From Thalia democratica (taxonomy: Eukaryota): a DNA stretch of 64,000 nt. The notes below the pieces were generated by a model, which saw nothing but the letters and a program-made list of their open reading frames with translations, was not told the DNA's origin and ran no database searches. A program made the translations under genes and the position numbers. Where the stretch lies: contig OZ241829.1 of the NCBI GenBank assembly GCA_965202585.1, positions 13,330,001 to 13,394,000 on the forward strand. Reading direction: 5' to 3'. Every line of letters starts with the position of its first letter. Position 1 is the stretch's first letter. This document shows positions 62,701 to 64,000 of the stretch, one piece after another.

Positions 62701-63888
62701 AGCTGTTGGTGGCGAACTTTCGCAACCTGAAGTTTTTCGGGGTTGCGGGCACTAGAAAAAAAAAGAGTTTATCAAAACCAAATTAAAACTTTATTATAAA
62801 GTATTAAATCAATAGCATCTTCATACTTGATTATTATTAAACCTTCATAGATTTTATATTCATATTTAATTTTTTATATGAAAAATAACAAACTAACGAG
62901 TTTGCGGGAACTGGAAAAGCATAGTTGATTTTTATTCCTACAAAATGTCTTTTATAATAAATAAACAAATAACTAACGAGTTTGCGTGGACATGGCAGGA
63001 CTCGACTGCGGATTTTTTCTCCCGTTGATTCCGACCGCGTACAATCGAACCTCGTAAAAAGTTCCTGATTTCAGACCGGTTATGGTCACGTTAGAAAGAG
63101 GCGTAGTTAGCTCTTTCTTCTCTTTTACGTTCGCGATTTCTTTCACAACCACCTCGAACTCTTTCACACCTTTATTAAAACATTTAATGGAATAATTTTA
63201 TTTGCCTAAAATACTCAACAACTTATTTAATATACTTACCGTCTATTACAGTCCATTCTAGCACCATTTCCTTATCAGTAATTTCAATTATGTCCGGTTT
63301 TGGTGGCTTTTGAGGCACTGTTGATTGTTATAATTTATTAATATTTTAAAACAGTTAAATTTATAAATGTTATATTAATTATGTCAAGCTTAAAACATAT
63401 TTACAATTTTTAAATGTAGAAGCTACACAATTTGTATTTAATTTAAATACCTAAACCAAAGAATTTGTACTCAGGCTGCTATAAACCTCTAAGTATTTGT
63501 TTTTTATATAAAAATGAAGTTTAAGAGAAAAGTATTAAGCATGATTAAAAATATAAGCAACACAAGTCTATATTTAAATTAAAGTGCTCAAAACCTCTAA
63601 AAATGTGTGTCATGTTTGATCAAAAAAATAACATTAAACTAAATAGATTTATTTACACTCGAAGTTTTTCAACCATTAAAAACAACTCACAAGTCCACTC
63701 AATGACGTCTTTGGAAGGGCTGCTCAGTTTACCGTCGTCGTTGACAGTAAACAGAACGATCTTGTACTTTGTGATGGGCTTCAGCCTCTCGAACACCTTG
63801 GTGTTGATCTCGTACGACCCCGCCACCCTGTAGCTCTTCCCCTGTTCGCTGTCTCCTTCGTACAAAAACAGCTTGTAGCTGTTCGCAC
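10601..63888 (-). CDS. Giant tandem FN3 repeat protein (about 52 domains, about 4,860 aa in the window), probably secreted/extracellular; 5' end beyond the window
   Basis: Hand-assembled GT-AG exons with a continuous frame, in transcript order: 63691-63888, 63240-63317, 62978-63169, 62674-62751, 62103-62294, 61244-61321, 60676-60933, 59714-59917, 59094-59171, 58188-58454, 57687-57869, 57476-57550, 56763-56951, 55962-56039, 55416-55598, 54959-55036, 54543-54725, 54361-54438, 53913-54104, 51812-51889, 51405-51587, 50751-51008, 50126-50203, 48353-48544, 47972-48049, 47535-47732, 47131-47208, 46632-46823, 46232-46309, 45744-45932, 45380-45454, 45055-45240, 44591-44668, 43536-43721, 41898-41975, 38768-38962, 38432-38509, 38035-38223, 37794-37871, 37109-37312, 36830-36907, 36271-36465, 35983-36060, 35475-35663, 34990-35253, 34758-34835, 34444-34635, 34253-34330, 33878-34066, 33644-33721, 33262-33456, 33037-33114, 32630-32818, 32304-32381, 31868-32071, 31553-31630, 31156-31344, 30870-30947, 30555-30740, 30338-30415, 30007-30192, 29368-29445, 29064-29243, 28767-28844, 28345-28533, 28164-28241, 27703-27912, 27478-27555, 27023-27220, 26504-26581, 26078-26281, 25518-25595, 25015-25218, 24690-24767, 24224-24430, 23685-23762, 23284-23487, 22861-22938, 22353-22556, 22129-22206, 21792-21971, 21535-21612, 21076-21291, 20606-20756, 19977-20104, 19623-19764, 19196-19320, 18496-18658, 17966-18099, 17616-17763, 17194-17315, 16876-17039, 16417-16525, 16160-16238, 15984-16093, 15826-15917, 15412-15668, 14844-15031, 14388-14524, 13782-13959, 13068-13275, 10601-10715 (TGA). 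The repeats show the FN3 signature (P..P.....W...GA.SY.....L.PG..Y...V.....S......T) and many N-x-S/T sequons. Confidence 0.9.
11280..11700. promoter_or_regulatory. CpG-island-like promoter/enhancer with clustered HRE/E-box cores, a DRE-like TATCGATA and CT-rich repeats
   Basis: TACGTG at 11353-11358 (minus), 11456-11461 and 11544-11549; CACGTG at 11558-11563 and 11587-11592; TATCGATA at 11597-11604; gctctctctcgaa twice (about 11405 and 11432). It sits in the last intron of the FN3 gene and shows no credible coding potential. Confidence 0.65.
21076..63888 (-). CDS. Regular FN3 array (domains 1-44 of the window): alternating short 'A' exons (strands A-B) and longer 'B' exons (strands C-G), all phase 1
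   Basis: 39 A exons (37 of exactly 78 nt, 2 of 75 nt), 40 B exons of 180-216 nt and 4 fused exons of 258-267 nt. Example A exon: VPDSPSEFSINEVSNDSVVISWTNTK(G). Example B exon: GAWTYEVKTVNLETQEEVLFQTPIQKYKADNLEPGTEYQFQVTSVGIFQVRNSITSTNLTQQT. Confidence 0.9.
23915..23983. repeat. Perfect inverted repeat with 26-bp arms and a 17-nt spacer
   Basis: TATTTATTTACACAAAGGCAACGACG, spacer ATCCCTTAGGGGTGAAA, CGTCGTTGCCTTTGTGTAAATAAATA. Confidence 0.9.
25850..26055. repeat. Short imperfect intronic direct repeats
   Basis: GCTTCAAAAA-initiated unit of about 50 bp twice (about 25851 and 25901); AATGCCCTACTAGCTGC twice (about 25993 and 26037). Confidence 0.6.
36471..36555. repeat. 16-bp palindrome embedded in short direct repeats just upstream of an FN3 acceptor
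   Basis: CCGTACAGGCAACATA-TT-TATGTTGCCTGTACGG (36510-36543); GAGTTTACATATTT twice plus GATTACATATTT. Confidence 0.85.
39187..40341 (-). CDS. Intronless WD40 beta-propeller protein (384 aa), divergent WDTC1/DCAF6/DCAF8-like, nested in FN3-gene intron 38963-41897 on the same strand
   Basis: Single GC-rich ORF from ATG to TAA. Motifs are colinear with WDTC1/DCAF-type propellers as recalled: RRMKVEQTF..VTCLDWSSDGQAL, VSFMPGSNDK, VKVFDLNRK, NNIWF..EADVREN, ASPADNNLLAVA..VFDRR, VKFHPNGKEVIVNF..QVFVVNL. No TPR insert. The family assignment is from memory and was not confirmed by a search. Confidence 0.85.
   Translation of the reverse strand: MNVCKRLRKRSVDESFTGDRFISYSYFHEDMLRRMKVEQTFDLDDVDLPGASDAMVTCLDWSSDGQALVCGQRGNTFHVLRPFGESLREGKFDCGEYRPQCVSFMPGSNDKFAACLQRSVVSTWLFAGTDHLANHVKVFDLNRKIPVREYSYFGSARKVRVSNQDSNNIWFNVKRSSCLIAEADVRENGFNVTKYRVSDEAGCLRDFDASPADNNLLAVADLKRVGVFDRRSVAKQQTPVLLLDNLVDEKVAHRWHVSDVKFHPNGKEVIVNFSQKYNFSHQVFVVNLRDGSSKKLNVPTQSSHMRLKNPSFLGPSGRHLMFDLCLNNCQVVFDCSEGRYVGKLQCGANDLPLLSFNTVSRPHPRFCLVATVDQFFVNLVTPTI
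40396..40403 (-). promoter_or_regulatory. Candidate TATA box (TATAAAAG) of the nested WD40 gene
   Basis: Reverse complement of cttttata, about 55 nt upstream of the ATG. The background is AT-rich, so a chance match is possible. Confidence 0.35.
40690..40910 (-). promoter_or_regulatory. CpG-enriched segment upstream of the nested WD40 gene, candidate promoter/enhancer
   Basis: Local CpG cluster (gacggccgcaatc, catcgtcgcc, gcaagcgaaatacgc, gtacgcgttc) in an otherwise CpG-poor intron, 350-570 nt upstream of the ATG. Confidence 0.4.
42600..43450 (-). repeat. Degenerate tandem array (about 8 units, mostly 90-140 bp) containing the donor junction of FN3 exon 43536-43721
   Basis: ATCAAGTAACC(G/A)GTGTAGAAGTA-like cores at about 43427, 43289, 43196, 43089, 42971, 42862, 42761 and 42628. 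Confidence 0.85.
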
Positions 63889-64000
63889 CTGTGTGTGTTT
63901 TGATTAACGAATTTGTTTGTTTTGTTTTTTATTTTGAATTTTAAACTTTGTAAAATTCAAGGTAATTTTGAGTAACGAATTTTTTTATGTTGATTTTTAT

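Noticed and set aside
13071-63833. Numerous short + strand ORFs opposite FN3 exons (e.g. 21792, 24229, 29987, 35479, 47562, 59730, 60622)
   Set aside because: Each coincides with a GC3-rich minus-strand exon; they have no independent splice sites or domains.
10601-63888. Identification as a receptor tyrosine phosphatase, usherin, tenascin, fibronectin or titin orthologue
   Set aside because: The C-terminus has no TM or PTP domain, fibrinogen globe, FN1 or Ig domains. No gene symbol can be supported without the N-terminus and a search.
10601-63888. Non-canonical introns or mutually exclusive exon clusters
   Set aside because: All reconstructed introns are GT-AG, and A and B exons alternate strictly with no duplicated alternatives.

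Overview
Eukaryotic (invertebrate animal-type) genomic DNA with very AT-rich GT-AG introns and GC-richer exons. The taxon cannot be fixed from the sequence. Three genes are present. (1) On +, the last four coding exons of an EGLN/PHD HIF prolyl-4-hydroxylase (1264-7844), with the HxD...H...R catalytic residues intact. (2) On -, converging with it, the 3' part of a giant fibronectin type III (FN3) repeat gene. I reconstructed by hand 102 in-frame exons (63888 to stop at 10601; about 14.6 kb CDS, about 4,860 aa, about 52 FN3 domains). It has no C-terminal transmembrane segment and its 5' end lies beyond the window. (3) An intronless, divergent WDTC1/DCAF-like WD40 gene (39187-40341) nested on the same strand inside an FN3-gene intron. 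The introns carry several non-autonomous DNA transposons: two TTAA-duplicating Kolobok-like elements, two decayed hAT-like MITEs, and one TIR element with an unusual 19-bp target duplication, plus several perfect hairpins. The most unusual pattern is repeated 'echoes' of exon-intron junctions inside neighbouring introns of both spliced genes. These include five copies of the start of the PHD catalytic exon whose differences fall almost only at synonymous positions, and about eight copies of one FN3 donor site. A CpG-rich block with five ACGTG (HIF/E-box) cores lies 3.5 kb downstream of the PHD gene, inside the last FN3 intron. All coordinates and counts are manual.
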